Of a stretch of DNA of 64,000 bases, positions 39,706-51,243 are shown piece after piece. The stretch's first letter is position 1, and every line of letters starts with the position of its first letter. The position numbers and the translations under genes are program-made. Location: the NCBI GenBank assembly GCA_050273025.1, contig CP158635.1:28582001-28646000 (forward strand). The letters run 5' to 3'. Source of the stretch: Cenococcum geophilum (Eukaryota). The notes below the pieces were generated by a model. That model was not told the DNA's origin. It worked only from the letters and a program-made list of their open reading frames with translations, and made no database searches.

Positions 39706-42700
39706 GTCGTTGTTATAACCTTAAATAACCAGCCTTAACTTCTTAAATGAGGTATTAGTAGCTTTACCTTTAATCTTATTAACTATTCTTAACCTAAATA
39801 TGCGAACCCCATCGAACTTAGCAGGGTTATACTTCTTAAACTTAAAGACTCCTCTTATAATAAGACCGTCAATCTCCTACTTATCAGATGCTTAGAAAGA
39901 AGCTCCTGGAGTTATAATACGGCCTTTCTTTTAGAGCTGTTTTGCGAGCTTAAAGTTAGCCTTCTCTTTAGCTGTTATAAAGGCCATTAATAGCTCGACT
40001 CTATTCTCAATGGCAGCAACAAGTTGCTCTTCAAAATTAATAAGGTGTTAGCAGTTTCGTGATCCTTTCGGGCGACCTCTACCGCGTCGTGGTTGCGGCG
40101 TATCTACTATAGTTATATCGGGGTCGTAGTTACCTTCTAGGGCACGTTGATCGTGGTTCTCCTCTAGGGCATCTCCTAGGGTATCTTCTGGGGTATCCTA
40201 TAAAGGCTCGGAGCTATTATCCCTATAGTAGGGCTTAATAACGGTTAAGTGGAATTAAGTGGGTTTATAGGGTATTTAAAGAGTATAAGTTTAACTATTA
40301 ATTATAATAAGTTTATGTGGGCCTAACTATTCTCCCTTTTTACGCCATACACGTACCTCCGATTAGAGTGGTAGATTAAGCGTAGTTAAGGTATTTAGGC
40401 CATTTCTTATTCCTAGTACGTTATTAACCTGGCGCATAACGTAGAGACGTTATACCTCCTTTGTTGCCTTATAAATAGCCTTAGCTTATTACGTAATAAA
40501 GGGAGATAGTAAAGAATCGTTAGTTATTTAAGGGTAGGCGCTAAAGACTAGTAATATAGGTACGAGCCCATCTAGGCCAGCGGTATTATTAACAGCCTTA
40601 ACAGCCATCTATAGGATAAGCTCTTCGCTAGCACCCTCTAGTTTTAAAGAAATGATCTTATATACGCGGCGTAATGGTATATAATATCGTTCTACTTTTC
40701 TAATACTATTATATACCTTAACGGGGACTTCCTTAACCTTAATTATTATTGCCTTTGCCTATTATTAAAACTCTATAGATAAGAAGTTCTTTCCTATATT
40801 ATAAACGATTTAATTAGGGGGTCCTAGGTAGATATTAATCTAGTATAATTAAAGAGTATCCTATATATTCCTAGCTAATATATCTTTTAAAAAGCGTACA
40901 GCTTAGAAAAAGGTTAAGAAGTTAATAACTTAGAGTACTGGCTTACCGCTAAGATATATAACATCTATAATAATATAGAAGTTAAAGTTATAGTTATTTT
41001 TAAAAGTAAACTTAAATCGGCTAGGGGACTTCTGGTTTATTTAGCAGTAATAGCAGTACTTTATAAGATGTTTAATCACCTTAACCTTAACTTTATAACC
41101 TACTCGCTAAAGGACCCTAAGTAATTAGTAAACAGATAGGTGGCTAAAACGACGGTGTAGTTAATGTAACTCTAACTTGGTTAGGTAGCTCTAAGTAATG
41201 CTCCTTTCTAGCTGTTAAAGGAGCAACTAAGGGTAACCCTACTTGCGTATAACGGGCACCCGATTATCTCCCTAGACAAGTATATTCTTAAGGTTGTTAA
41301 GCTTAATACCTAATTTATTTATATTTTGGATATAGAATAGGAATGGGGTGTTTATAGGGATAATGTGGAAAGTAATATATCCTAACAGGGTTTGGACCTT
41401 AATTGTACTAAGAGAGATTGCAGTACCCTTACTAAAGCGAATTATATATTAGCCTGCTGTTAATTAGTTAATTTAAATAGAGCTATTAAGCTACTAAAGA
41501 GCTTGAACTTAAGGCTCTCCTACTATAGATACTCCTGCGGCTTTAGTATCTAGCATAATGCTATAAAAGACGTTTGCTAAGTATTTATTATTAAAGGAGA
41601 ACGCGGAACTTTTCTTTAGCTTATTAAAGATATCTAACTTTATAATAGAATGGAGCGTAAATTAGTTATTAAGGATAGCAACGGTTTATATACCATTTAC
41701 CTTACTATACTTAATAAAGTATTGGTTAGGAGAGTAGTCCTTAATTTCTATATCTATAAGGAGCTGTTTAGCCTTATTAACCTTACCCTTAAGATCTTCT
41801 TCGCCTTTATATTAAACTAAGAAGTTTTGGAAATAGGCTATAGTAACCTCTTAGTTTCTAACGTTTTGTGCGCTCTGGCGAAACCTATTATATACCTCCT
41901 TTCGTCTATTAAGAGGGTGTCTAGTTAACTAGTAATTTGGCTTCTTATAAACGTAGTACTTCTTCTAATAATTACTCCGAAGTAAACCTCTATAAGGACC
42001 TTTATAATTACCTTATAATTAACGTTAATTATACCCTTTACTATATCCCCTACCACGTCTACTATATGTTTAATTAGTCCAGTTATAATTATATTAGTTA
42101 GCCGGGTCGATTAAGGTAGGTTAAAGTTAGGCGTTAAATTGCTATACTTCTTAAGAGCGTAGAGCAGTGTTAATAGAGGATCTTAATTAAGTATATACTC
42201 CTTTATAAGTACTTATAGGGTTAAAGAGAGTAAGATTACATTCTTTGATACCTTAGTATACGCTAATGACTTAATTATATAGGCTAAGGTCCTCTTAATA
42301 TAATTTAGATAAACCACGCTAAATTATCTAAAGTTAATTAAAGAGCTTTTAAAGATAATTAAGCCAAGAGACACCTGGGTTCGTAGCAATAATTCTTAAG
42401 AAGGTAGTCTCTCTTTACTTTAACATATATTACTACTTATTCTCTTCTATTTTAAAGTAGCATCTTATCTTATATATTATTTAGTTAAAATCGTATCCTT
42501 TTTCTGCCAAATAATTATAATAGAAGGTACTAGCGTGGCCCTTAAGTATAACGGAATAGGCGTTATAATATTAGTTAGGTTCTAGTCTAACCTTCTAGTA
42601 ATAGTTATAGAAGATACGTAGCTTCGAATTAAGGATGTTATATAGTTCCCTACTAAACTTCTTCTTCTGGTCCGTATAGAGCTTTATAAGCTCTATAAGT

Positions 42701-45700
42701 ATTTTTAAGGTACCTCTAAGTAGTATTAAACCACATTAAAATTGCATTAGAGATTAAGGTGGGGATTACTTTATAGGCTGCAGTAGAGATATAGGGCTTG
42801 GTGGAATATGGCGTAGTATCTAATCTTCCTATAGTAGAGTTTAAAGGTTATTAAATCGCGAAGCAAGGGGATCTTGCGCTTGCTCTTAAGGGGTAGTAGT
42901 TAATATTACTAGTTAAATTAGTAGATCCTAGGGAGCTAGAGATAGAGGTAGAAGCAATAAATGCGGAACGTAAGAACTTGTGCCTGGAGTAATAGAATTA
43001 GAACGCGTCTCTGTTGGCGTATTATTTGGATTTTATTATAAGTTAAGCTTTCTTTTAGTGCGTAGTTAGTGCTTAACCTCTTATAGAGTCCATTTGTGCT
43101 CTTCTTTTACGTTAATAACTTGCTCTTAGATATTGTCTCTAATAGCACCCCTATCTATAGGGATAAATACTCTATTCTCCTAAAGGAAGTTACAGAAGTC
43201 TTATATAATGTCCTTCTTTGTAAGAGCCTATATTTCCTTTATCTATTTAATAAAGTCCTCCTTTATATAACACCATAGCTTAGTATTATTATATTCGCTA
43301 TCTATATAGTATACTATATAGTATACTAAGAATCCGTTTAGGTCCTATTCCTTAGCGTTTACAGGGTTAATATCTATGTCCTATATCTCTGGGTTAATAC
43401 TTTTCTTATACTTCTTTAGGTAAATTAATGCTATAGTAGGTATAGAATCGACGGGGTGTCGTACGTTAAAGGTAGGTAGGGTTTTTGGCTTTATAGAATC
43501 TCGTAGGTTTACTGTCAAAAGGTAGGCAATTAAGATGTTGTTGACGCGTTTTAGATATTAACTTTAGGACCGTAGGTTTAGTAATACTTTTAACCTAAAG
43601 TACTCAACCAAATCTTTATATGCGTAGTTATTTAACGCGTTTTAGACGTTAATTTTAGGACTATAGGTTTAGTAACACTTCTAACCTAAAGTACTTAACC
43701 AAATCTTCGTAAACGTGGTTGTTCTATATAATGGACACAACTTGGTATCTCCTAGTACTTAGTAACACTTCTATTACTAGTTTTCCGTAAGTCTAAGGTA
43801 GCATAGTATCGCCGGGATCCATTCTATATAAGCGCATATAGCACCCCTATACGAGACTATCTCTTCTATTTAAAAACCTAGCTGCTTTATGGTTAACTGT
43901 GTATTCAACCACTAATTAGTATTAGAAACATAGGGTGACTTACTAATAACGACTACTTGAGTAGGGTTACAGTGATATTAGTTAATTCTTATTGATAGGA
44001 ATAAGGAAAGGGGTGAGGAACTTAAGGTTCCTTACCACGCTAGGGCTACGTTAACACGTAACGGCAATATGCTTTATGCGACGGCAACTTGCCTTATTCC
44101 CGACAGTTAAGAAGCTAATTTATAATAGTAAACTAGCGGTAAAGAGTATGTTTATGGCCCTAGCTATATATAGTCGCCTTATAAAATAGCTGTAGGATAG
44201 ATAAAAGCTTTTTAAGAAGAAACTAGTAGTGGGATATAAGACGGTTGTTCTTAATACTATCGCTACGCTTAGGCCTATAGGTCTTACAGAATTACTATAT
44301 ATATTACTTATAATTAATAGCGCGTATAATAGAGCTAAAATATAAGTTCTATTACGTTATATTGCTTTAAATAAGCTAGCAGAGATATTAGCTAAAGAAT
44401 TTAAAAAGTTTAATATTGCGACTATAGCCCAGATATTTATAAAATCCGGGCCTAAATATAAGCCCACTAATTAAACCCCTGGCTTTTAACGTTATTAAGT
44501 AGTAAATATTACTAAATCTTAATACTAAGATCTCATTACTTACCTTAAGCTTATTAAATAACGACTAATTGCCACTGACTATAACCTTTTAGAACTCCTT
44601 ATAGCGCTAGGGCGATATCCTAATATATCTAATAATATTATATAGACGATTAAGAGCTCCCTACTACCTCTAGATCTTCACGATTAATTTAAAGTCATGC
44701 CTACTATAAGCCAGCTTAAGCTCCTCTAGTATAGTATCTACCTTCTTACCTAGAAGGAACGCCTATATATAGAGGTTAACTATATAGCCTAGGCACTATA
44801 ATTAACGTCGCTTTTACTACTTTTCTAATATCCTTAGATACAGAGTTTTAAGAATTAAGTTAATAGCTATATTGTTGCTTAACGCGTTATTAAGCATAAA
44901 GTACCTAATTCTACCGCTAATCTTATACTCGCTAATTATATTAAGGATAATCTAGGCTTGGTTTATACTAGTATGTTTGCCTTTAAGCCGCTATAAAGTA
45001 AGAAGCTTTATTTATTAAGCTCCGCTCTTATTAATATAGTAGGCGATAATTGCGATAATAGTATAGCAGTTTGGTGATGTTTAGAGGTTAAAGGATAGGT
45101 AGATATTTAATTAAGCTTCTTATAAGTTCTTTTATAGTTAACGCTTCTATTTTTAAAACTTATCTATAACCTAGCGGCGGATTATATTATAAGTAGGAAT
45201 ATACTTAATAAGACTTCTATATAGATGCTAAATTAATTTCAGGAAGTAGATATTTTTAATCTAGTAAAACGTGATATAACAGTATACTAGCTAGTAGATT
45301 AGTAAGATCTTAAAGCGATTAAACTAGGCGTTCTAAATATAATCCTACTGTACAATATACTGCTTAATTAGCCCTTTAGATTTAATCTTACTGCTATTTT
45401 AGTTAATTTGGTAAGTCCTTTTCTAGTAACTTAGAATAAAAGAGTTGCCATTAAGTTCTAATTACTAATTAGTAAATAGGTAGTAGAGTTAGTAGAGTCT
45501 TTTACTAAGCGGCTTATATATAGGATCCTTTTTCTTATCTAGGCACTAGTAGTAGTAGTAGTATTTAACTGCTAATATCTTATATATAATCGCGAATCCT
45601 TTCTTGTTACCCTATATATGCAAGAACCTCTTCTTACCGCGCCTTTAGCTAGCGATATTGCTAGCTTTATAGTACTACTCTCCATAAAGCTTAATTCGAC

Positions 45701-47308
45701 TTAGCTTTGCCGCTAGCGTTTATATAAGCTCTGGCTTAAAGTTAGAGTTAGGGTTAGATTTATGATAGGTAAGAGGCTTTGGCTTAATCGGATCTATAGT
45801 TATCTTTAGGCGCTTCCTTTTTCTACTGCTAGAGGTCTTACTAACTTGCTTTTAAGGAACAGCAGAAGCTTTGCCTGCAGCACGGCTGCTTAATATATAA
45901 TTGCTACCCCCTTCGCGCGTTACTCGACCTATAGTAGTAACAAAGCCCTCTATATAGAAGAAGTAGACGGATTAAAAAAATTAAGCAGGAAGGAGACGTG
46001 ATGTGATAAGGGCTGTAATAAGGGCGACGACGCGATGGGGGCGACGCGATGGGGGCGACGCGATGAGGGCGACACGATGAGGATTAACTTCCTCTACTTA
46101 ATCTACATTAAATTAACAACCTTAGCTTAATCATTTCTATTAAATTAAATTAGTTGCTATAATAGATTGAGCCTTAATTGTATGGCGATAGGCCTAGAAT
46201 TCTTAAGCGGCGCTCGCTTATATTAGACGTCTTACCACCTATATATAGATCTGGATCTATTGGATATCCAGTTATAAGAAGGCTTTAAATCCAATCTAAA
46301 TATAAGCTAATTAAAGTCCTTAACCGGATCTACTTTAAGTCTAAGAAATCCAATCCAATCCAAAATCAATCCAGTCCATTGACATCACTGGCGACAATGA
46401 GGATGAAGGTAACGATGAGGACGCATTTGAGATGATTGAGGCCTTTAAGGAGTAATATATAAGGAGCAATATAAACAATTTGGGCCGAATTTGGTACTCC
46501 GCATAACTTCCTACTGCAACACCAAAGGATGCTAAGACTTACTATAAATAGTATATGGATTGTATGGCGCTCCTGGAGCCAAATCGCAATAGAACTGGTG
46601 TAGACTGGATTTGAGCCTAGATCCAGTCCAGTCCAGTCCAAGTAGACCACTGGTACGATGGTGGTAGGGAAATCCGATTCAGGTCGACAGGCGAGCTTAA
46701 AGCGATGACGAATCGACCGACGGTGATCTCGCGAGGGTCGTCCCAAACGCTAATTAGAACGGTTCTGTTCTGGCGAATCGGCTCTTAGCCTACCCCTGCT
46801 TGCGTTTTGCTAAAGAATATACGAGTAGAAAGTATACGGTACTATAGTATCCGGCGAAAGTAGTTATATATTAATGCCCGATACGGGGCTTGTTTAAACA
46901 AATACCTAAGCAGATACTATAAATATGATATAAAATCTAGAACGCGAGCGAAGTATACTACTTAATATACCAATCGCTTGCGTTTCTTCTCTACGCCACC
47001 TGTTTCAAATATTTTGTTATATGGCTGAAGCACCCCTGTCGCGCACTGACATGTACACTGCTTTCGCCGGATACCATAGCAAGGCCTATGTACGTCGGGG
47101 TTCATAGTTTCTTCGAAGCCTTCTTCAGAGGTCGCAGGTCTCGAGTTGGCAGCGCAGGCCGTATTTGAAAATTGCAAAAAAGGGGGTAATCCGTTCGCCT
47201 GGTTTATGGGTTTCTGGATAGCAGAAGACAATTCTGGGGTATCCCAAATGCTGGTTCCTCTAATTTCTTTTCACTGTGTCGACCTGAATCAGGTTGTCTT
47301 GCCACCCC

Positions 47309-47381
47309 GACTCAGCTACCTACCCATTGACTCAGTCATTGACCCAGCCACCTACCCCGTCTTGACTCGGTGACCTACCCC
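47309..47381. repeat. Short degenerate tandem motif GACTCAG..ACCTACCC (3-4 copies)
   Basis: gactcagctacctaccc, gactcagtcatt, gacccagccacctacccc, gactcggtgacctacccc. Confidence 0.6.
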
Positions 47382-47428
47382 TTGTTTCTATTGCCACCCC
47401 CCTCCCCCCTTCTCTTTCCTATTTCCCA

Positions 47429-47944
47429 CACCTTGTCCGCGCGGTAGCCTTCTCGCCGGACGGCAAGGTACTGGCGTCGGCCTCGGACGACAAGACGGCC
47501 AAGCTGTGGGATGCCGGGACGGGGGCGGCGCTGTAGATTCTGGAGTTCCATTCAAGCTGAGTCAGTGTGGTAGCCTTCCCGCCGGACGGCAAGATGCTGG
47601 CGTCGGCCTTGCGCGACAAGGCGGTCAAGCTGTGGGATGTCGGGACAGGGGCGGCGCTGCAGACGCTCGAGGGTGACACCGTTGTTGAAATCCTTTCGTT
47701 CTCTGAGGATGGGGCGTTTACCCAAACGAATAGGGGAGTTTTACATACCACATCTCCCTGCCAATCGAGTCCTTCACACGGTATATTTGTGAAGGAGTAG
47801 TAGATTCGTTAGGGTATAGAAGGTATGCTTTAGGTTCCCTCTGAGTATTGAGAAATTTGTATTGCCGTTTTTAGGAATACCATTGCTCTTGGCTTGTCCT
47901 CTGGCCGCTTGTTAATTTTCGAATTCGCTTTTCAATTTTCCTAG
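47429..47944 (+). pseudogene. WD40-repeat C-terminal fragment of an HNWD/NACHT-WD40 (HET-E-like, fungal NLR) gene
   Basis: One frame: [98 protein letters not shown]. All stops are explained by C>T/G>A transitions. No NACHT domain upstream. Confidence 0.88.
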
Positions 47945-48243
47945 ACCTCCCCACTCGCCTCCATTGCGGATTGCGGCTTTTTATACTTAAGTGTGGCGTA
48001 AGTGGCACTAGCTTATAAATGCTATTAATTAGAAATCCAGCCTCTTTTGGCATCAGCAACCACTATGCTTATATCGGTTTGATGTCGTTACAAGGGCTAA
48101 GGCATGTGATGTATTCTTAACTCCCTCCGAAGTCACCTGCGACCACCACGGACATCACGACCGTCGCAGTGATTGAACACAAGTAGTAAGGCTTAGGACT
48201 GAATGCAACCTACCCAAGTCCACCGATGCAAGTCAATCCTCCT

Positions 48244-50041
48244 TTATTCTATCAAGAACCATTCTAATGGCGCAGTCGACTTGCTCTTCTGAAAAGGCCT
48301 GACTCGATGCCCAGGCACTTGCAGTGCTATTTCTTTGCTTAAATGAGCCAGCGCCTCACCGTTCATAACGCCATTAACGTAGCATTCACCGACAAGTGTG
48401 TAATAGCTGTCTTTTTTTCGGAGTACGTGAGGAACTGGCGCACCAAGAAGAATGGCTATGATATCTCCAGGGATCGCCAGTGGCGGAGCAAGACCGGGAA
48501 GACCGCTTTTGGTCATTAGAAATCTGCGGCCAAGGCAAAACTTCAGGCCGTCGATCGTTACGGGACAGGCCTCTCGTTTTGCGAGTTCATCAGGTGTTAG
48601 CTCCAGTGTTGTAGATGGCTGTGCACGTATGGTGGGCCATAGAACGTCCGAGGCGGGGTCCACGAGGAAGAATTGTTCGCCGACAAAGAATATCCCCTTT
48701 CCAAGTCTCGACGTAAGTTTGAAGCATTCGTCTTCTGGCAAAGAAATCTGGAGCAAAAGGAGTTAGCTAGGCTATCTGGAAGCTCACATGTGTTATGGTC
48801 AGCGATCTACAGCTTACCAGGTCATTCCACTCATTCAAGACTTTAGCGATTGATTCTCCGGGTGCTTCAATGGGGCACACACTGCCAGTCTCCTGAATCA
48901 CATCCAGTGTGATCCCATAGCATTTAATATGTAGGAAATCCATTTCCTCCCTAGTTTCGAACTTCGTGAGGGCAATGCTACCACCTGCATCGTATGGCTC
49001 AAGATACAGATTTGAAAGACCCAGGGACGTTAAAAGAGATTCTTTACTCCAGTTTGGAACCCAAGAGCCAGAGGTTCCGTCAAATTTGGGACATTGCTCC
49101 CCAGGGAACGGCTGCGTGGCGGAGAGTATCCGGAGGGATGATTGGTGTTTAATAATTTTGGCTGCTACCTCAGCATATATCTCAGCGACAGATTTTCTAT
49201 AGTCTGGTGCAAGAACGAACCTATCCTCCGGCGACAATATTCCGGCGAGTGCGTAAACTTTGTCTCGAGGGTCGGTGGCACGACTCACCCTTGTGTCGTG
49301 AAGTTGTTGTAGGAAGGATTTTTTCATGGCAGGATTGTAGGCTAGTATTGAAGGGGGGATTCTGTCTTGGAGGTACGCAGCATTCTGAGCCCACCAAGCT
49401 GGAAAATTGGCCCAGGGAACGCATTTCGACCCACATATCGCTAAAGCGCAGTCTGCCAAGGCCACTTCCTGCAATACCCAGACACGACTGAACCATGACC
49501 GGTGTTCAAAGAAATCGAGTACCTTTTTCTGTATCGAGCCAGTAGAAGTTTTGCGTTCGGCAATGGCATCCATGGCACTGTCGCTGTAGTCATCCGCCTC
49601 GCCGAGGTAGATCAAGACACGACTTGCTCGCTGATAGATTAAGTCCATTGCTTGGACCTGATCCGTCCTCTCTTGGATGTCATCTTGATTGATGCACAGT
49701 GCATCGACCCACAATAACCTTGTGGTGCGTGTTAGCAACTTCAAGGCTTCTAAATGTTTTGGTCAGGAAAATTCTCCATACCGTGTGTCAGCTATAAGGC
49801 GAAACCGCCGCAGCAAGGTTTCAACGCTCTTCGTGACCTGGGTTGTCATTCCTGAACATATGACGGGCGCCATTATTTGGTCGCCCCATGTGTAAGACAC
49901 TGCTTCAAAGAATGGTAATTCTGGTGGCTGCAGCGAAAAAGTATAAAGAGTGAATGAGACAGGATCAGGCCACTGCCCTGGATGAAGGTGAATAAGTCGG
50001 GACTCACACCGCCGAAGTGGGCTGTATAAGATTGGCGGCAT
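48244..50041 (-). CDS. HET-domain heterokaryon incompatibility protein (HET-6-like), 3 exons: 50041-49782, 49718-48818, 48747-48244; 554 aa
   Basis: Motifs SRLIHLHPG, FEAVSYTWG, LWVDALCINQDD..ER..QV..M..IY..A..V.IYLG, WFSRVWVLQEVALA, ATDPRDKVYAL, SWVPNWS, GD.I.IL.G...P..LR..Y.LVGECYV.G.M.GE. Introns GTATGG..GCTAAC..AAG (63 nt) and GTAAGC..GCTAAC..CAG (70 nt) join the three ORFs in frame. Confidence 0.93.
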
Positions 50042-51243
50042 CTTTGTGTTAAAACTAAGAAGGCTTAAGAGAACTGTTGCCTCAAAGTGCTATGGAGAAT
50101 ACTAGTTTTATTTTGTGACTCATGTTGGGCTGTGTAGCAGCCAACGGGCTATGGTTAGGTGAGGCGGCGGTTGAGGGCGAAAAAGTAGCCTTACAAAATA
50201 TGACTAGGGCTTGGCCTCTTTGTCAATTAATAGGTGAAGGCATTAAACTGCTTGGGTGTACACCCTCCTGCTGGATGCACGCCCTCCTTTTGGCTTCTTA
50301 TGCCATTTATTAGCGCAAAGTTATTCCCTTATCTTAGAAAGCACCTCAGCTCTAACAACCGCCTCCGTAGAGATGCTTAAGGTTGTGTATTGTAATATAG
50401 GTAATGTTAACAATTGCAGACCCCACTTAATAACGTGTACCACCACTCATCCGGACACCCCAGTTATCCGGACGCGCCACTTTCTACCAAAAATCTCGAA
50501 AATCATAATATAATATCTTAACAACCACTTTATAAAAACTTTTTAATTTTTATATTTAGGCTTATATATACTCTACTTTTTTTATTTTAATTTTAAATAA
50601 ATCTATGAAGTGGTTATAGAGATATATAGTTTTCGCCCCTAAATTCTATTTTAATCTTTATATACTTTAAAACTAAAAGAAAAGAAATAGAGTATATAAC
50701 GTAGATAATAGGGTTATGACGGCGATAGGGTTATGACGGTCGGCTACTACCGCCTTCCTAATTGGGTTTACTGCCTTCCTAATGTAGTATATTGCCGTTC
50801 TAAAATCAAAATAGTACCAACTTTATTTTATTTTGAATGCTTGCAACTAAATTAAAAAATCTTTTACCAACACCATAATGCCCTGCTGGCCCCTACAACC
50901 TAGTAGGGAAGAGAAAATATAAAGCGCTATTATTGCTTGGAATTCTAGGCTTTATAAAGACCGGGAAACTTGCGTAAAGGCTTATAGGGTGGATCTATAG
51001 ACATTGTAATGCCGCCTTAATGGAAAGCAATAACCCTATAAAGTCGCCTATACCAACTAGAACCGTATTACCGTTGCTAGCGAAGATGTAATTGTTTAAC
51101 ACCTTATATATCTTGTAAACGCTGGATTTCTATATCGGCAGCATACCGTTTAATTAATTGCCATAGTAGTCCTCCGCTGGGAATACGCCAACCTTCCTTA
51201 ATACGTCCATGTCGACCCTCTTGGTATAAAATGGGTGTATAAC

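Larger units (their letters stand above)
29878..44105 (-). mobile_element. Copia-1: Ty1/Copia LTR retrotransposon (~6.3 kb own sequence) inserted in hAT-E
   Basis: 186-bp LTRs at 29878-30063 and 43920-44105. TSD GTTAA at 29873-29877 and 44106-44110. PPT aaaagaagagttgctag. Integrase precedes RT. RT LKPLYGI.E.G..WWATY (~31480-31530); RNase H FV(D)..F.NNKDFSS(Q)LG (~30895-30945). Confidence 0.9.
28777..46390 (-). mobile_element. hAT-E inserted in hAT-A (own sequence ~3.4 kb: 28777-29877, 44111-46390); relative of hAT-C
   Basis: Perfect 24-bp TIRs CAGTGATGTCAATGGACTGGATTG. TSD GCGACAAT at 28769-28776 and 46391-46398. Transposase collinear with hAT-C on the opposite strand (LSFNL*TSPN at ~45085; same acidic tail). 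Confidence 0.93.
2453..46652 (+). mobile_element. hAT-A: outermost hAT DNA transposon (own sequence ~3.2 kb: 2453-3049, 26398-28776, 46399-46652), RIP-inactivated
   Basis: TIRs taatgatctacttggactgga (RIPed cagtggtc...) at 2453 and tccagtccaagtagaccactg ending at 46652. 8-bp TSD GTACGATG at 2445-2452 and 46653-46660. Transposase remnants: SFNL*ISPN (DxWTS motif, ~26860) and hATC domain PDLTRFALNVL..SNKCERLFS (~28380-28460). Confidence 0.92.
1780..46970. other. AT-rich RIP-mutated block 1 (nested transposons)
   Basis: Strong TpA excess and CpA/TpG depletion. Recognisable TE motifs are converted by C>T/G>A transitions (e.g. YLDD to YLNN, TGG to TAG/TAA). No long ORFs. Boundaries approximate. 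Confidence 0.9.

Noticed and set aside
2453..46652. Starship or other giant cargo transposon
   Set aside because: No tyrosine-recombinase captain or host cargo genes; the length is fully explained by nested TE insertions with TSDs.
46366..47373. ORFs 46366-46746, 46962-47231 and 47146-47373
   Set aside because: The first crosses the hAT-E and hAT-A termini; the others have no recognisable motifs.
48452..49895. Plus-strand and alternative-frame ORFs within the HET gene
   Set aside because: Shadow ORFs of the HET coding exons.
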